From: an uncultured Candidatus Rokubacteria bacterium
Lineage (GTDB): Bacteria > Methylomirabilota > Methylomirabilia > Rokubacteriales > CSP1-6
NCBI GenBank assembly: GCA_963747235.1
Contig: CAVVEU010000008.1
Span: forward strand, 1-64,000
Reading direction: 5' to 3'
DNA length: 64,000 bases
Below, in pieces: positions 23,627-33,731 of the stretch. The notes under the pieces were generated by a model. That model was not told the DNA's origin. It saw nothing but the letters and a program-made list of their open reading frames with translations, and made no database searches. Made by a program: the position numbers and the translations under genes. Every line of letters begins with the position of its first letter. The first letter of the stretch is position 1.

Positions 23627-24496
23627 GCGCCCCGACCTTCGAGGCGCTCCGCTACGAGGTGGCGGACGGCGTCGCCACCGTCACCCTGAACCGGCCGGAC
23701 AAGCTCAACGCGCTGAACACCGTCATGCTCGAGGAATTGCTCGCCGTGCTCGATCTGGCCGATGCCGACGACGGCGTGCGGGTATTGATCGTCACCGGGG
23801 CGGGCCGCGCGTTCTGCGCGGGTGCGGATCTGTCCGGGGGCGGCGAAGACCTTCGATCGCGTGGCCCGGGGCCGGAGCGAGGCGCCCGGGGAGCATCGCG
23901 ACGGGGGCGGGCGCGTCACGCTGCGCATCTTCGACATGAAGAAGCCGCTGATCGCCGCGATCAACGGTCCCGCGGTGGGATTCGGCGTCACCATGACCTT
24001 GCCGATGGACATCCGCATCGCGTCGACCGCGGCGCGGATCGGCTTCGTCTTCGCCCGCCGCGGGGTGGTGCCGGAGGCGGCCAGCACGTGGTTCCTGCCC
24101 CGCCTGGTCGGCCCGAGCCAGGCCGCGGAGTGGGTCTACACCGGCCGCGTGTTTCCCGCCGAGGAAGCGCTCGCGGGGCGGCTCGTGAGCCGGGTCGTCC
24201 CGCCGGACCGGCTCCTGCCGGTGGCGCGCGAGCTCGCGCTCGAGATCGCGCAGAACACCTCCGCGATCTCGGTGGCGCTCGCGCGGCAGATGATGTGGCG
24301 GCTGCTGGGCGCCGATCACCCGATGGAGGCGCATCGCCTGGACTCGCGCGGCATGGACTGGACGGGCCGCTCGGCCGACGCCTACGAGGGCGTGACGTCG
24401 TTCCTGGAGAAGCGCCCGCCGCGCTTCACCCAGCGGCCCAGCACGGACATGCCGCCCTTCTATCCCTGGTGGCCCGAGCGCCGCTTCGAGCCCTGA
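23623..24496 (+). CDS. Enoyl-CoA hydratase/isomerase (crotonase) family; frameshift near 23845
   Basis: [35 protein letters not shown] and [11 protein letters not shown]. Confidence 0.9.
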
Positions 24497-24509
24497 GCCG
24501 CCCTCGGCG

Positions 24510-25670
24510 GTGAGCGCATCCTCGCTCTCAGGCACGGTGCTCCTGTGCCTGATCGTCTTCGCCAGCACGGTGTGCGTCGGCGCGTTCGGCCCGCTGCTGC
24601 CCGAGATCGCGCGGGCGCAGGGTCTCCCGGACTGGCAGCTCGGCCTCCTGGCCGGCTCCTTCGGCTTCGCGCGGATGGCGGCGGACCTGCCGGCGGGCGC
24701 CCTCGCCACCCGCCACCTCGCCACCTCGCTCACGCTGGCCCCGATCACGCTGCTCGCCGGGATGCTGCTCCTGTCCACCGCGGGGCCGTTTCCGGTGCTC
24801 GTGCTGGGCCGCCTCCTGACCGGCCTCGCGCACACGCTCGTGATGGTCGGTAGCTTGACCGCCGTGCTGCAGGATCGCGAGGGCCCGCGCGCCTCCATGC
24901 GGCTGAACACGCTCGAGTTCGCGGGCATGCTCGGCGTCCTCGGCGGGCTCACGCTGGTCGGCCTGCTCCCGGAGCGCTGGCCGTGGAACCTGACCCTGCT
25001 GACCGCCGCCGGACCGGTGGTGGTGTCGCTGGCCGGCACGCTCGTGCTGACCCGCACCTTCCGGCGCCACCTCCCGGCCGCGCCGCCCGCCGCCACGCGG
25101 GCGGGCGCCACGGGAGAGTCGCGGGTGCGGGCGGCGGCGCTGCCGCCGATCGTGCGGCTCATGTTCGCGCTCGGCGTGGTCATGGCGCTCGCGTGGTCCG
25201 CGGTGAGCCAGTTCGTGATCCCGCTCCGCGGGACGCGGGAGTTCGGGCTCGATCGCGCGGGCATCTCGGGCCTGCTCTCGCTGGCCCAGCTCGTGGACCT
25301 GATCGTGCTCCTGCCGGTGGGCTGGCTGGCCGACCGCATCGGCCGGTTGCCCGTGCTCACGGTGGTCGCGGTCACCCTGGGCTTCGGGCTCTTCGCGGTC
25401 GGGCTCGGCTCGCTCCCGCTGCTGGTCGTCGGCTGCGCGCTCTTCGGCCTCGGGATGGCGGGCTGGATGCTGCCGCTCGGGGTCATCCGCGAGCACACGG
25501 ACGTCGCCCGGCTCGGCTGGCGGACGGGGGTCTACCGCGTCGGCGTGGACGGGGCGATCTTCCTCGGCCCGCTGATCTGCGGCGTGCTCGGCGAGACGCA
25601 CACCCCGATCTTCATCGCGCTGGTGGGCGTGGCCGCCTTCGCGATCGCGGTGAGGCTGGGGCGGGGGTAG
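24510..25670 (+). CDS. MFS transporter
   Basis: About 12 hydrophobic segments; [12 protein letters not shown] motif. Confidence 0.85.
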   Translation: MSASSLSGTVLLCLIVFASTVCVGAFGPLLPEIARAQGLPDWQLGLLAGSFGFARMAADLPAGALATRHLATSLTLAPITLLAGMLLLSTAGPFPVLVLGRLLTGLAHTLVMVGSLTAVLQDREGPRASMRLNTLEFAGMLGVLGGLTLVGLLPERWPWNLTLLTAAGPVVVSLAGTLVLTRTFRRHLPAAPPAATRAGATGESRVRAAALPPIVRLMFALGVVMALAWSAVSQFVIPLRGTREFGLDRAGISGLLSLAQLVDLIVLLPVGWLADRIGRLPVLTVVAVTLGFGLFAVGLGSLPLLVVGCALFGLGMAGWMLPLGVIREHTDVARLGWRTGVYRVGVDGAIFLGPLICGVLGETHTPIFIALVGVAAFAIAVRLGRG

Positions 25671-25675
25671 GCCCG

Positions 25676-25864
25676 CTAGCCCTTGAAGCTGATCTTCTTG
25701 TGGCCGCCGTCGCAGAACGGCTTGTTGGCCGAGCTACCGCAGCGGCAGAGGAAGATGCTGTCGCCGCCCTTGCCGGGGATGGCGTTGCCTTGGCCGTCCT
25801 GCATCTGACATTCGCCCTGCACCATCAGGGGGCCGTCGGTAATAACCTTCACGGTCACGGGCAT
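25676..25864 (-). CDS. CDGSH iron-sulfur domain protein
   Basis: DGPL..LCRCGSSANKPFCDGGH. Confidence 0.92.
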   Translation of the reverse strand: MPVTVKVITDGPLMVQGECQMQDGQGNAIPGKGGDSIFLCRCGSSANKPFCDGGHKKISFKG

Positions 25865-25921
25865 CGTTTCACCTCTTCGTCATGATCGAGCTACCGCGGG
25901 CCGAGTATACTCCAGGTCCAG

Positions 25922-26491
25922 ATGGCGGCTCCGCTTCCCGGCATGACCGATCGCCTCCTCGACGCGATGGCGGGCTCCGCCGCGCGCCGCTACGGGACCG
26001 AGCGCGTCTCCGAGCTGGCCCACGCGCTCCAGTGCGCCGAGCTGGCGCGGGAGGCGGGCGCCGACGAGGCGCTGACGCTGGCGTGCCTGCTCCACGACGT
26101 GGGCCGCTTCGCGGTGGACCAGGCGCTGATCTTCGACCGGGTGGGCGGCGGGCGCGCGGGCGGCCGCGGCCATCACGAAATCGGGGCCGATCTCATCGCG
26201 CCCTACGTGCCGGAGCGGGTGACCTGGCTCGTGCGCATGCACGCCGACGCCAAGCGCTACCTCTGCTCCACCGAGCCGGCGTATCACGCCACCCTGTCGC
26301 CCGCCTCCCAGCACACGATGACGCTGCAGGGCGGGTTCATGAGCCCGGAAGAGATCACGCGCCACGCGGCGCATCCCTGGCTCGGCGACGCGCTCCGCCT
26401 GCGGCGCTGGGACGACCTGGCCAAGGTGGTCGGCAAGACGACCGCCCCGCTCGCGGCCTGGGAGCCGCTGCTCCGGTCCTACTTCCGGTGA
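25922..26491 (+). CDS. HD-domain protein, PhnZ-like di-iron oxygenase/phosphohydrolase
   Basis: Y.TERVSELAHALQCA, LLHDVG, HHEIGA, HADAKRYL, LSPAS..T..LQGG and LRRWDDLAK. Confidence 0.82.
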   Translation: MAAPLPGMTDRLLDAMAGSAARRYGTERVSELAHALQCAELAREAGADEALTLACLLHDVGRFAVDQALIFDRVGGGRAGGRGHHEIGADLIAPYVPERVTWLVRMHADAKRYLCSTEPAYHATLSPASQHTMTLQGGFMSPEEITRHAAHPWLGDALRLRRWDDLAKVVGKTTAPLAAWEPLLRSYFR

Positions 26492-26968
26492 TCCACGACC
26501 CGGCCCTGCCGCCGCCGTTCGCCGAGCGGTTCGCCCCGCTCGAGGAGGTGAAATTGAGCGGGCCGCGCTCGAGCTTTCACCACTGCTTCGGCTGCGGCCC
26601 CCGCCACGACATCGGCCTCCGCGTCCGGACGTTCAGCGCGGACGGCGAGGTGCTCGCGCCCATCCTGATCCCGCGTCGCTTCGAGGGCCCGCCCGGCTCG
26701 GCCCACGGCGGCATCGTGGCGGCCTATCTGGACGAGGTGCTCGCGGGCGCCGCGGTGAACCACACCGGGCGTCTCTACGTGACCGGGGAGCTGACGGTGC
26801 GCTACGTGAAGGGCACGCCCATCGAGTGCCCGCTGCTCGGGCGGGGCCGCGCGGTGCTCGACTCCGGCAAGTACCTCGACCTCGAGGCCACCATCGAGGA
26901 CTGGGACACCGGCGACGTCGTGGCGAAAGCCACCGGCCGCTTCTTCCCGATGCAAGAGCGCCGGCTAG
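26488..26968 (+). CDS. PaaI-family hotdog thioesterase; probable frameshift near 3' end
   Basis: CFGCG, FEGPPGSAHGGIVAAYLDE and TGELTVRY motifs within ORF 25882..27972; GTGA overlap with upstream stop. Confidence 0.8.
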
Positions 26969-27891
26969 TCGAGGCGCTTGAACTTCTGGAAGGACCGCAT
27001 CTCCCGCGGCGGCTTGAGGAACTGACCGTAGCCGGTGTAGGAGACCTCGCCCACGTAGACGTCCCCGTGCGAGTCCACCACGAGCCCGTGGGGCGCGATG
27101 AACTCGCCCGGCTTCTCGCTCGCGAACTGGCCGCCGAAGCGCGCCACCCGCTGGCCCTTGGCGTCGAGCACGCTGACCCGCGGGCCCAGGTTCGGCGTCT
27201 TCTCGGTGACCGGCATGCCGGAGCCGAGCTCGCCCACGAAGAAGAGCCCGCTCCTCGCGCGATCCACGAAGAGCCCGCAGGGGCGGTGGAGATTGTTCCA
27301 CGTGCCCTGGTGCTGCCCCTTGCCGTCGAAGATCTGCACGCGATGGTTCTCGCGGTCGGCCACGTAGACGAGGCCGTCGCGGTCGGTGACGAGATTGTGG
27401 GGCAGGTTGAACTGGCCGGGATCGGTGCCCGGCTCGCCCCACGACATGACGTACGTGCCGTCCGGCGCGTACTTGTGCACGCGCGAGTTGCCGTAGCCGT
27501 CGGAGACGAAGAGATAGCCGCTCTTCGGGCAGATCGCCACGTGGGTGGGCCGGTTGAACGGCTTGCCGCCCTGGAGCTCCGCCGCCTTGTCCGGATCGCC
27601 GATGGTCAGCAGCAGCTTGCCCTCCGGCGTGAACTTGCGGACGGTGTGGTGGAGATCGTCGGTGAGCCACACCATGTCGTCGGCGTCGATGGTGATGCCG
27701 TGGGCGCGGCGGACCACGCCCTCGCCCCACGAGCGGAGGAACTTCCCGTCCCGGTCGAACACGATGACCGGGTGCTCGCTCCGGGTGAAGCAGAAGACCC
27801 GGTCCTGCTTGTCCACCGCCGCGCCCGCCACTTCCTGGTAGCGCCAGCCCTCCGGCAGCGTGCCCCAGCCCTCGATGACCGAGAATTTCAT
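26965..27891 (-). CDS. NHL-repeat beta-propeller, peptidyl-alpha-hydroxyglycine alpha-amidating lyase family
   Basis: FNRPTHVA, SDGYGNSRV, PGQFNLPH, VADRENHRVQIFD and PHGLVVDS. Confidence 0.88.
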   Translation of the reverse strand: MKFSVIEGWGTLPEGWRYQEVAGAAVDKQDRVFCFTRSEHPVIVFDRDGKFLRSWGEGVVRRAHGITIDADDMVWLTDDLHHTVRKFTPEGKLLLTIGDPDKAAELQGGKPFNRPTHVAICPKSGYLFVSDGYGNSRVHKYAPDGTYVMSWGEPGTDPGQFNLPHNLVTDRDGLVYVADRENHRVQIFDGKGQHQGTWNNLHRPCGLFVDRARSGLFFVGELGSGMPVTEKTPNLGPRVSVLDAKGQRVARFGGQFASEKPGEFIAPHGLVVDSHGDVYVGEVSYTGYGQFLKPPREMRSFQKFKRLD

Positions 27892-28700
27892 TTCGACTCC
27901 TCGATGGCCTGGGCCATGCGCTCGAAGCGGCGCTTGAGCGGGGTCAGCCCTTCCTCGTGGGTGATGACGTAGAGGCGGTTGGCGTAGATGGCGCGCAGCA
28001 CGCGGGCGGCCACGTGCTCGGGCGGGAGATAGCGGCCGATCAGCTCCACCGCGCCGCCCTCGCGCTCCGTCATCGCGTTGCGGAGCGCGGCGGGCCGGTT
28101 CCGGTCGCTCTGCCGGATCTGGGTGTGCACGCCCATCGGACAGAGCACCGAGACGCCGATGTCGTAGCCGCGCAGATCCTTCTGCAGCGTCTCGGAGAGG
28201 CCGACGACCGCGTACTTGGTGGTGTTGTAGATGCCGAGCCCCTGCGAGGCGATGAGCCCGGCCATGGACGCGGTGTTCACCACGTGTCCCGGTTGCTTCT
28301 GGGCCACCATGCGCGGCACGAAGGCCTCCACGCCGTGGATGACGCCCCAGAGATTGACGCCCATCGCCCACTCCCAGTCCTTGTGGGTGACGGCCTCGAG
28401 CCCGCCCCAGAGGGCGACGCCCGCGTTGTTGCAGACCACGTGGACGGCGCCGAACTCGCCGAACGCGCGCTCCGCGAGAGCCTGCACGTCGGTGAGCCGG
28501 CTCACGTCGGTCTTCACGGCCAGGCCGCGGCGTCCCGCCTGGGTCACGCCGGCCACCGTCTCGGCCATGCCGGCCTCGTCGAGGTCGGCGACCACGACGT
28601 CGGCGCCCTCGCGGGCGAAGAGCAGCGAGAGCGCGCGTCCGATTCCGCTGGCGCCGCCGGTGACCACCGCGGTGCGGCCTTGCAGGCTGGTGAGAGGCAC
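27888..28700 (-). CDS. Short-chain dehydrogenase/reductase
   Basis: TGGASGIG, NNAG, NTASMAG and YNTTK. Confidence 0.93.
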   Translation of the reverse strand: MPLTSLQGRTAVVTGGASGIGRALSLLFAREGADVVVADLDEAGMAETVAGVTQAGRRGLAVKTDVSRLTDVQALAERAFGEFGAVHVVCNNAGVALWGGLEAVTHKDWEWAMGVNLWGVIHGVEAFVPRMVAQKQPGHVVNTASMAGLIASQGLGIYNTTKYAVVGLSETLQKDLRGYDIGVSVLCPMGVHTQIRQSDRNRPAALRNAMTEREGGAVELIGRYLPPEHVAARVLRAIYANRLYVITHEEGLTPLKRRFERMAQAIEESK

Positions 28701-28766
28701 GGCGCCGAGTGTCGCGCTCCCCGTCGCGTGCTGTCAACCACTTCTCTGCTTGGCGGTAGCGGGAGG

Positions 28767-28925
28767 CGGGTGCCGCGGCGCGGGGCGGGGGGCCCTCCCG
28801 GGGACACGCCGACTCGCGGCCCGCGTGGCCACTCGGTCGGGCCACGAGATGGGGGCGATACGCTTCGGCTACGCGCAGAAGACACGGTCCCCGGGAGGGC
28901 CCCCCGCCCCGCACCACGACACCCG
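28767..28925. repeat. About 160 bp palindromic element (MITE/REPIN-like or structured RNA)
   Basis: Arms 28767-28805 and 28887-28925 are reverse complements over 39 bp with 3 mismatches, all G.U-compatible on the minus strand. Confidence 0.8.
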
Positions 28926-28982
28926 ATCTCGCGGGGCGTGAGCGGAGTGAAAGGGATCGGCGGTCGGGTAGCATGTGGGCTT

Positions 28983-29742
28983 ATGGGTGAGCGGACGATC
29001 ACGATTGGGCGGCGGTTTCGGGGGCCGGATCTGGGTGGGGGGACCGGGAACGGTGGGTATGTGTGTGGGGTCGTGGCGCTGGCGGCGGGGCCGGGACCGC
29101 GTGGTGTCGAGATCAGGCGGGCGGCCGGGGTGCCGCTTGAGCGGCCGCTCGTCGTGCGCGTCGAGGAAGGGGACGCCGTGCTGTCCGATGACGAGGGGGT
29201 GATTGCGCGCACGACGTCGGCGGATCTGGCGGTCACGGCGCCGGCGCCGCCGGCGATCGACGTCGCCCGGCGGGTTTCCACCCGCTTTCTGGATCGGCTC
29301 GAGCGTGGGGAGGTCGGGCATACGTTTCCGGAGTGTTTTGTGTGTGGGCATCGGCGGGGGCCCGGGGATGGGTTGCGGGTTTTCGCGGGACCGGTTGATG
29401 GAGGGGCTCGGTGATGAGGCGGGGATGCGGGTCGGGGCGTGGCGGCCGGACGCGGCGTTCCTCGATGAGGCCGGGCGGCTGCGGCCGGAGTTCATCTGGT
29501 CGGCGCTGGACTGTCCGGGAGGGTGGGCGATCGCGGGGCCGGCCAATACCGGGACGCTGCAGGTGGAGATCCTCGGGCCGGTGGATGGACGCGAGGAGCT
29601 GATCGTGATGGGCTGGCCCATGACGGCCGATGCCGACCGGCCGGGGAGCCGGCGGCGGTACGCGGGGACGGCCATGTTCGACGCGCGCGGCCGGCTCCTG
29701 GCGCGCGGCGCGGCCATCTGGGTGGCCCCGCGGGCCACCTAG
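28983..29742 (+). CDS. Double-hotdog/thioesterase-like protein; frameshift near 29400
   Basis: RFRGP..GNGGYVCG, VPLERPL, FPECFVCG..R..GDGLRVFAGP, WSALDCPG and RRRYAGTA. Confidence 0.75.
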
Positions 29743-29760
29743 CGGTGGTATTCTTCGCGA

Positions 29761-32322
29761 ATGGATTATCGTCTCCCGGCCACCGTGGTGCCCTCGCGGT
29801 ACGATATCCGGCTCGAGCCGGACCTCGAGGCGGCGACCTTCGCGGGCGAGCAAACGGTCGCGATCACCGTGACGGAGCCGGTGACCGAGGTCGTCCTCAA
29901 CGCCGCCGAGCTCGCCATCCAGTCGGCGAGCGTGCTCACCGCCGACGGGATGACGGTCGAGGGGAGCGCGACGCTCGACGAGGCGGCCGAGCGGGCGCGC
30001 CTGCTCTTCCCGTCGCCGATCCCGGCGGGTGAGCACCGGCTGACGCTTCGCTTCACCGGCATCCTGAACGATCGCCTGCACGGCTTCTACCGCAGCACCT
30101 ACAAGGACGCTTCGGGCGCCTCTCACGTCATCGCGGCCACCCAGTTCGAGGCCACCGACGCGCGGCGCGGCTTCCCGTGCTGGGACGAGCCCGCGCTCAA
30201 GGCGGTGTTCGGGGTCACCCTGGTGGTGCCGGAAGGGCTCGCCGCGATCTCGAACACGCAGGTGGTCAGCGAAACGCCCACCGGCGCGGGTAAGAAGACG
30301 GTCGTCTTCGCCGACAGCATCCGCATGTCCACCTACCTCGTGGCGTTCGTGGTGGGCGAGCTCGAGGCGACGCCCCCGGTGATGGTCGGCCCGACCCCGC
30401 TGCGCGTGTGGTGCGTGCCGGGCAAGCTGCACCTCACCCGCTTCGCGCTCGAGATCGGCGCCTTCTCGCTCGACTACTTCGAGCGGTACTACGGGATGCC
30501 GTATCCGGGCGACAAGCTCGACATGCTGGCGATCCCCGACTTCGCGGCGGGCGCGATGGAGAACCTGGGCGCGATCACCTACCGGGAGACCGCCCTCCTG
30601 GTGGACGAGACGGCGGCCTCCCACACCGAGCGCGAGCGCGTGGCGGACGTGGTGGCCCACGAGGTCGCCCACATGTGGTTCGGCGATCTCGTGACCATGC
30701 TGTGGTGGAACGGGATCTGGCTGAACGAGGCGTTCGCCACCTTCATGGAGCTCCTGGCGGTGGACGCCTGGAAGCCCGAGTGGAAGCGGTGGACGACGTT
30801 CGGGGTGTCCCGGGCCGCCGCGATGGGCGTGGACGGCCTGCACAACACCCGGCCCATCGAGTTCGAGGTGCGGGCGCCGCGCGACTGCGAGGCGATGTTC
30901 GACCTGCTCACCTACGAGAAGGGCGGATCGGTCCTGCGCATGCTCGAGCAGTACCTGAGCGGCGAGATCTTCCGGGACGGGGTGCGGCTCTACCTCGAGC
31001 GGCATCGCTTCGGCAACGCCGAGACCACCGATCTCTGGAAGGCCCTCGGCGACGCCTCCCGCCTGCCGATCCCCGAGGTGATGAACGGGTGGATCTTCCG
31101 GCCGGGCTACCCGCTCGTGATCGTCGAGCCCGAGGGTGTCGGCGTCAAGCTGAGCCAGCGCCGCTTCACCTACCTGCCCAGCGAGGGCGCCGAGGCCGAG
31201 CGCTGGCAGATCCCGCTGCGGCTGCGCGCCTCGGTGAAGCGCGGCTTCGTGGACAAGCCGATCCTGCTCGGCAACGAGGATCTGTCCGTCCCGCTGCCCG
31301 CGGCTCCGGACTGGGTGGTGGCCAACGCGGGCGGGCACGGCTTCTATCGCGTGCAGTACGCCCCGCCGCTGCTCAAGAAGCTCACCGGGGCGCTCAAGAA
31401 GCTCGCGCCCATCGAGCGCTTCAACCTGGTCAGCGACGCCTTCGCGCTGACCCAGGCCGCGATGATGCCGGCGGCCGACTACCTCGATCTCACCGCGCGC
31501 TTCGTCGAGGAGACCGACCGCAACGTGTGGACCGCGCTGATCGGCTCGCTCGGCTACGTGAACCGGCTCATCGCGGACGACTCGCGCCCGCATCTGGAGG
31601 CGCTGGTGCGCCAGCGGGTCGAGGGGGCGGTGGAGCGGCTCGGCTGGGAGGTCCAGCCCGACGAGGACGAGCTCGAGCGGCAGCTACGCGGCGACCTGCT
31701 CCGCGCCCTCGGCACGCTCGGCAACGACCCGACCGCGCAGGACCGCGCCCGGGCGCTCTACGCGCGCTATCGCGAGGACGAGTCGGCGGTGGATGCCAAC
31801 GTGCTACCCGCCCTGATCGCGATCGTGGCCGCCGCGGGCGGGGAGACCGAGTACGAGGAGTTCCTCCAGCGCTTCAAGGCCGCCCGCACGCCGCAGGAGG
31901 AGCAGCGCTACCTCTACGCCCTCGCCGGGTTCCGGCAGCCCGAGCTGGTGCGGCGCACGCTCGAGAAGACCACCAACGGGGAAGTCCGCAGCCAGGACGC
32001 GCCCTTCCTGATGCGGTCGCTGCTGGTGGGCGTGCACAGCCGCGGGCTCGCGTGGGACTACGTCAAGGCGAACTGGCAGACGATGGCCCGGCAGTATCCG
32101 GGCAGCGCCTATCGCCGGTTGTACGAGGGCGTGACCGCGCTCGTCGGCCCGGAGTGGGAGCCGGACGTGAAGGCCTTCTTCGAGACGAACCGGATCGTGC
32201 TCGGCGGCAAGACGCTCGAGCAGTACCTCGAGCAGCTCCGGATCGCGGTACGGCTGCAGGAGCGCGAGGCGCCGGCTCTCGCCGCCTACCTCGCCAAGCC
32301 GCCTCGCGCCCCGCGTCGCTAG
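29761..32322 (+). CDS. pepN: M1-family zinc aminopeptidase (PepN/ERAP1-like)
   Basis: TQFEATDARR.FPCWDEP, GAMEN, HEVAH-x18-E (WLNEAFA) and YEKG. Confidence 0.95.
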   Translation: MDYRLPATVVPSRYDIRLEPDLEAATFAGEQTVAITVTEPVTEVVLNAAELAIQSASVLTADGMTVEGSATLDEAAERARLLFPSPIPAGEHRLTLRFTGILNDRLHGFYRSTYKDASGASHVIAATQFEATDARRGFPCWDEPALKAVFGVTLVVPEGLAAISNTQVVSETPTGAGKKTVVFADSIRMSTYLVAFVVGELEATPPVMVGPTPLRVWCVPGKLHLTRFALEIGAFSLDYFERYYGMPYPGDKLDMLAIPDFAAGAMENLGAITYRETALLVDETAASHTERERVADVVAHEVAHMWFGDLVTMLWWNGIWLNEAFATFMELLAVDAWKPEWKRWTTFGVSRAAAMGVDGLHNTRPIEFEVRAPRDCEAMFDLLTYEKGGSVLRMLEQYLSGEIFRDGVRLYLERHRFGNAETTDLWKALGDASRLPIPEVMNGWIFRPGYPLVIVEPEGVGVKLSQRRFTYLPSEGAEAERWQIPLRLRASVKRGFVDKPILLGNEDLSVPLPAAPDWVVANAGGHGFYRVQYAPPLLKKLTGALKKLAPIERFNLVSDAFALTQAAMMPAADYLDLTARFVEETDRNVWTALIGSLGYVNRLIADDSRPHLEALVRQRVEGAVERLGWEVQPDEDELERQLRGDLLRALGTLGNDPTAQDRARALYARYREDESAVDANVLPALIAIVAAAGGETEYEEFLQRFKAARTPQEEQRYLYALAGFRQPELVRRTLEKTTNGEVRSQDAPFLMRSLLVGVHSRGLAWDYVKANWQTMARQYPGSAYRRLYEGVTALVGPEWEPDVKAFFETNRIVLGGKTLEQYLEQLRIAVRLQEREAPALAAYLAKPPRAPRR

Positions 32323-32332
32323 CCGTCGGGCG

Positions 32333-32686
32333 TTACCCTCCGAAGAGGTCGACGAAGAAGTCGCGGACGCTCGAGCCGAAGGCGACGGCGCCTTCCTTGG
32401 TACGGTCCCACGCGTTGGTGGCGTCCGGCCCGGCGGCCCGTCCCGCCTCCGCCAGCTTCTTGCCGGTGAACTTGGCGCCTTCCACGATGGTGTTGCCGAT
32501 GCCCTTGGCGAGCTCTCCCGCGCCCACGAGCACCTGCCCGCGCCCGATCTGCTGCGCGCCGAGCTCGACCTGCTGGGTGGCCGCGTCCACGAGCGCGCTG
32601 TCGGCGGCCTGAGCCGGTCCGGGGGCGATCGCGACGAGTGCCGAGAACGTGAGGGTGACGATCAGCGAAGAATGTCTCGGTGCCAT
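32333..32686 (-). CDS. Small secreted helical protein
   Basis: GGAGG SD then MAPRHSSLIVTLTFSALVAIAPGPAQA signal peptide (AQA site); amphipathic Gly/Ala-rich body. Confidence 0.7.
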   Translation of the reverse strand: MAPRHSSLIVTLTFSALVAIAPGPAQAADSALVDAATQQVELGAQQIGRGQVLVGAGELAKGIGNTIVEGAKFTGKKLAEAGRAAGPDATNAWDRTKEGAVAFGSSVRDFFVDLFGG

Positions 32687-32794
32687 CTCCACCTCCTCTG
32701 GTTGGCTTAATTGCCGATTCATGGTAACACCGTGCCGGACCGGATCCGGCATGTTCGCGGCCACTCCATCAACTTTTCGAGCGAGGTGAGGGAC

Positions 32795-33646
32795 ATGAAA
32801 TACGGCGTGTTCCAGTTCTCCACGGACTACGCGATCCGCATCGACGACCTCGCGCGCGAGGCCGAGGCCCGCGGCTTCGAGTCGCTGTTCGTCCCCGAGC
32901 ACACCCACATCCCGGCGAGCCGCAAGAGCCCCTGGCCGGGCGGGGCCGACCTGCCGCGCGAGTACTGGCATACGGTTGATCCGTTCGTGGGGCTGGCCGC
33001 CGCGGCGGCGGTGACCACCCGGATCAAGCTCGGGACCGGGATCTGCCTGGTGATCGAGCGCGATCCGATCGTGCTGGCCAAGGAGGTCGCGAGCCTCGAC
33101 TATCTGTCGCGCGGCCGGGTGCTCTTCGGGATCGGCGGCGGGTGGAACGCCGAGGAGATGGCGCATCACGGGACGGACTTCGACAACCGCTGGAAGGTGC
33201 TGCGCGAGCGCATCGCCGCGATGCAGGAGATCTGGACCAAGGACGAGGCGGAGTACCACGGCAAGTTCGTCAACTTCGACAAGCTCTGGTCGTACCCGAA
33301 GCCGGTGCAGAAGCCGCACCCGCCGATCCTGATGGGCGGCGCCGGCCCCCACGCGCGGCAGCGGGCGGTCGACTTCGGGGGCCACTGGCTGCCGATCGGC
33401 GGGCGCTCCTACAGCGAGCCGATGGCCGAGACCATCGCGGATCTCCGCGCGCGGGCCGAGAAGGCGGGCCAGGACCCGGGCGCGGTCACCGTCTCCATCT
33501 TCGGCGCGCCCACCGACGAGGCCCGCCTCGCCGGCCTGCGCGACGCGGGCGTCCTGCGCGCGATCTTCGGCCTCCCCTCCGCCGCCCGCGACCAGGTCCT
33601 CCCCCTCCTCGACAAATACGCAGCCCTCATGACCAAGATCGGCTGA
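32795..33646 (+). CDS. LLM-class (putative F420-dependent) oxidoreductase
   Basis: GFESLFVPEHTHIP, DPF, LAKEVASLD.LS.GR, GWNAEE and PKPVQKPHPPI; GAGG SD before ATG 32795. Confidence 0.9.
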   Translation: MKYGVFQFSTDYAIRIDDLAREAEARGFESLFVPEHTHIPASRKSPWPGGADLPREYWHTVDPFVGLAAAAAVTTRIKLGTGICLVIERDPIVLAKEVASLDYLSRGRVLFGIGGGWNAEEMAHHGTDFDNRWKVLRERIAAMQEIWTKDEAEYHGKFVNFDKLWSYPKPVQKPHPPILMGGAGPHARQRAVDFGGHWLPIGGRSYSEPMAETIADLRARAEKAGQDPGAVTVSIFGAPTDEARLAGLRDAGVLRAIFGLPSAARDQVLPLLDKYAALMTKIG

Positions 33647-33731
33647 CGCCATAGGCAGTGGCAGTAGAAGTAGAGCAGTGAAAGTGGAAACGGAGCGAAG
33701 GGCGGTGCGCGCCAGGACTTCGCCAAGTGCC

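Noticed and set aside
28983-29742. G/T-rich gene explained as sequencing error or simple horizontal transfer
   Set aside because: Changes concentrate at synonymous positions and form a gradient, with G3 staying high while C3 falls, which neither explanation predicts. Kept as a finding instead, pending computation.
32720-32740. Possible minus-strand sigma54 promoter CGGCACGGTGTTACC (similar one near 51795-51812)
   Set aside because: The -12 position reads CC rather than GC; too weak to call.
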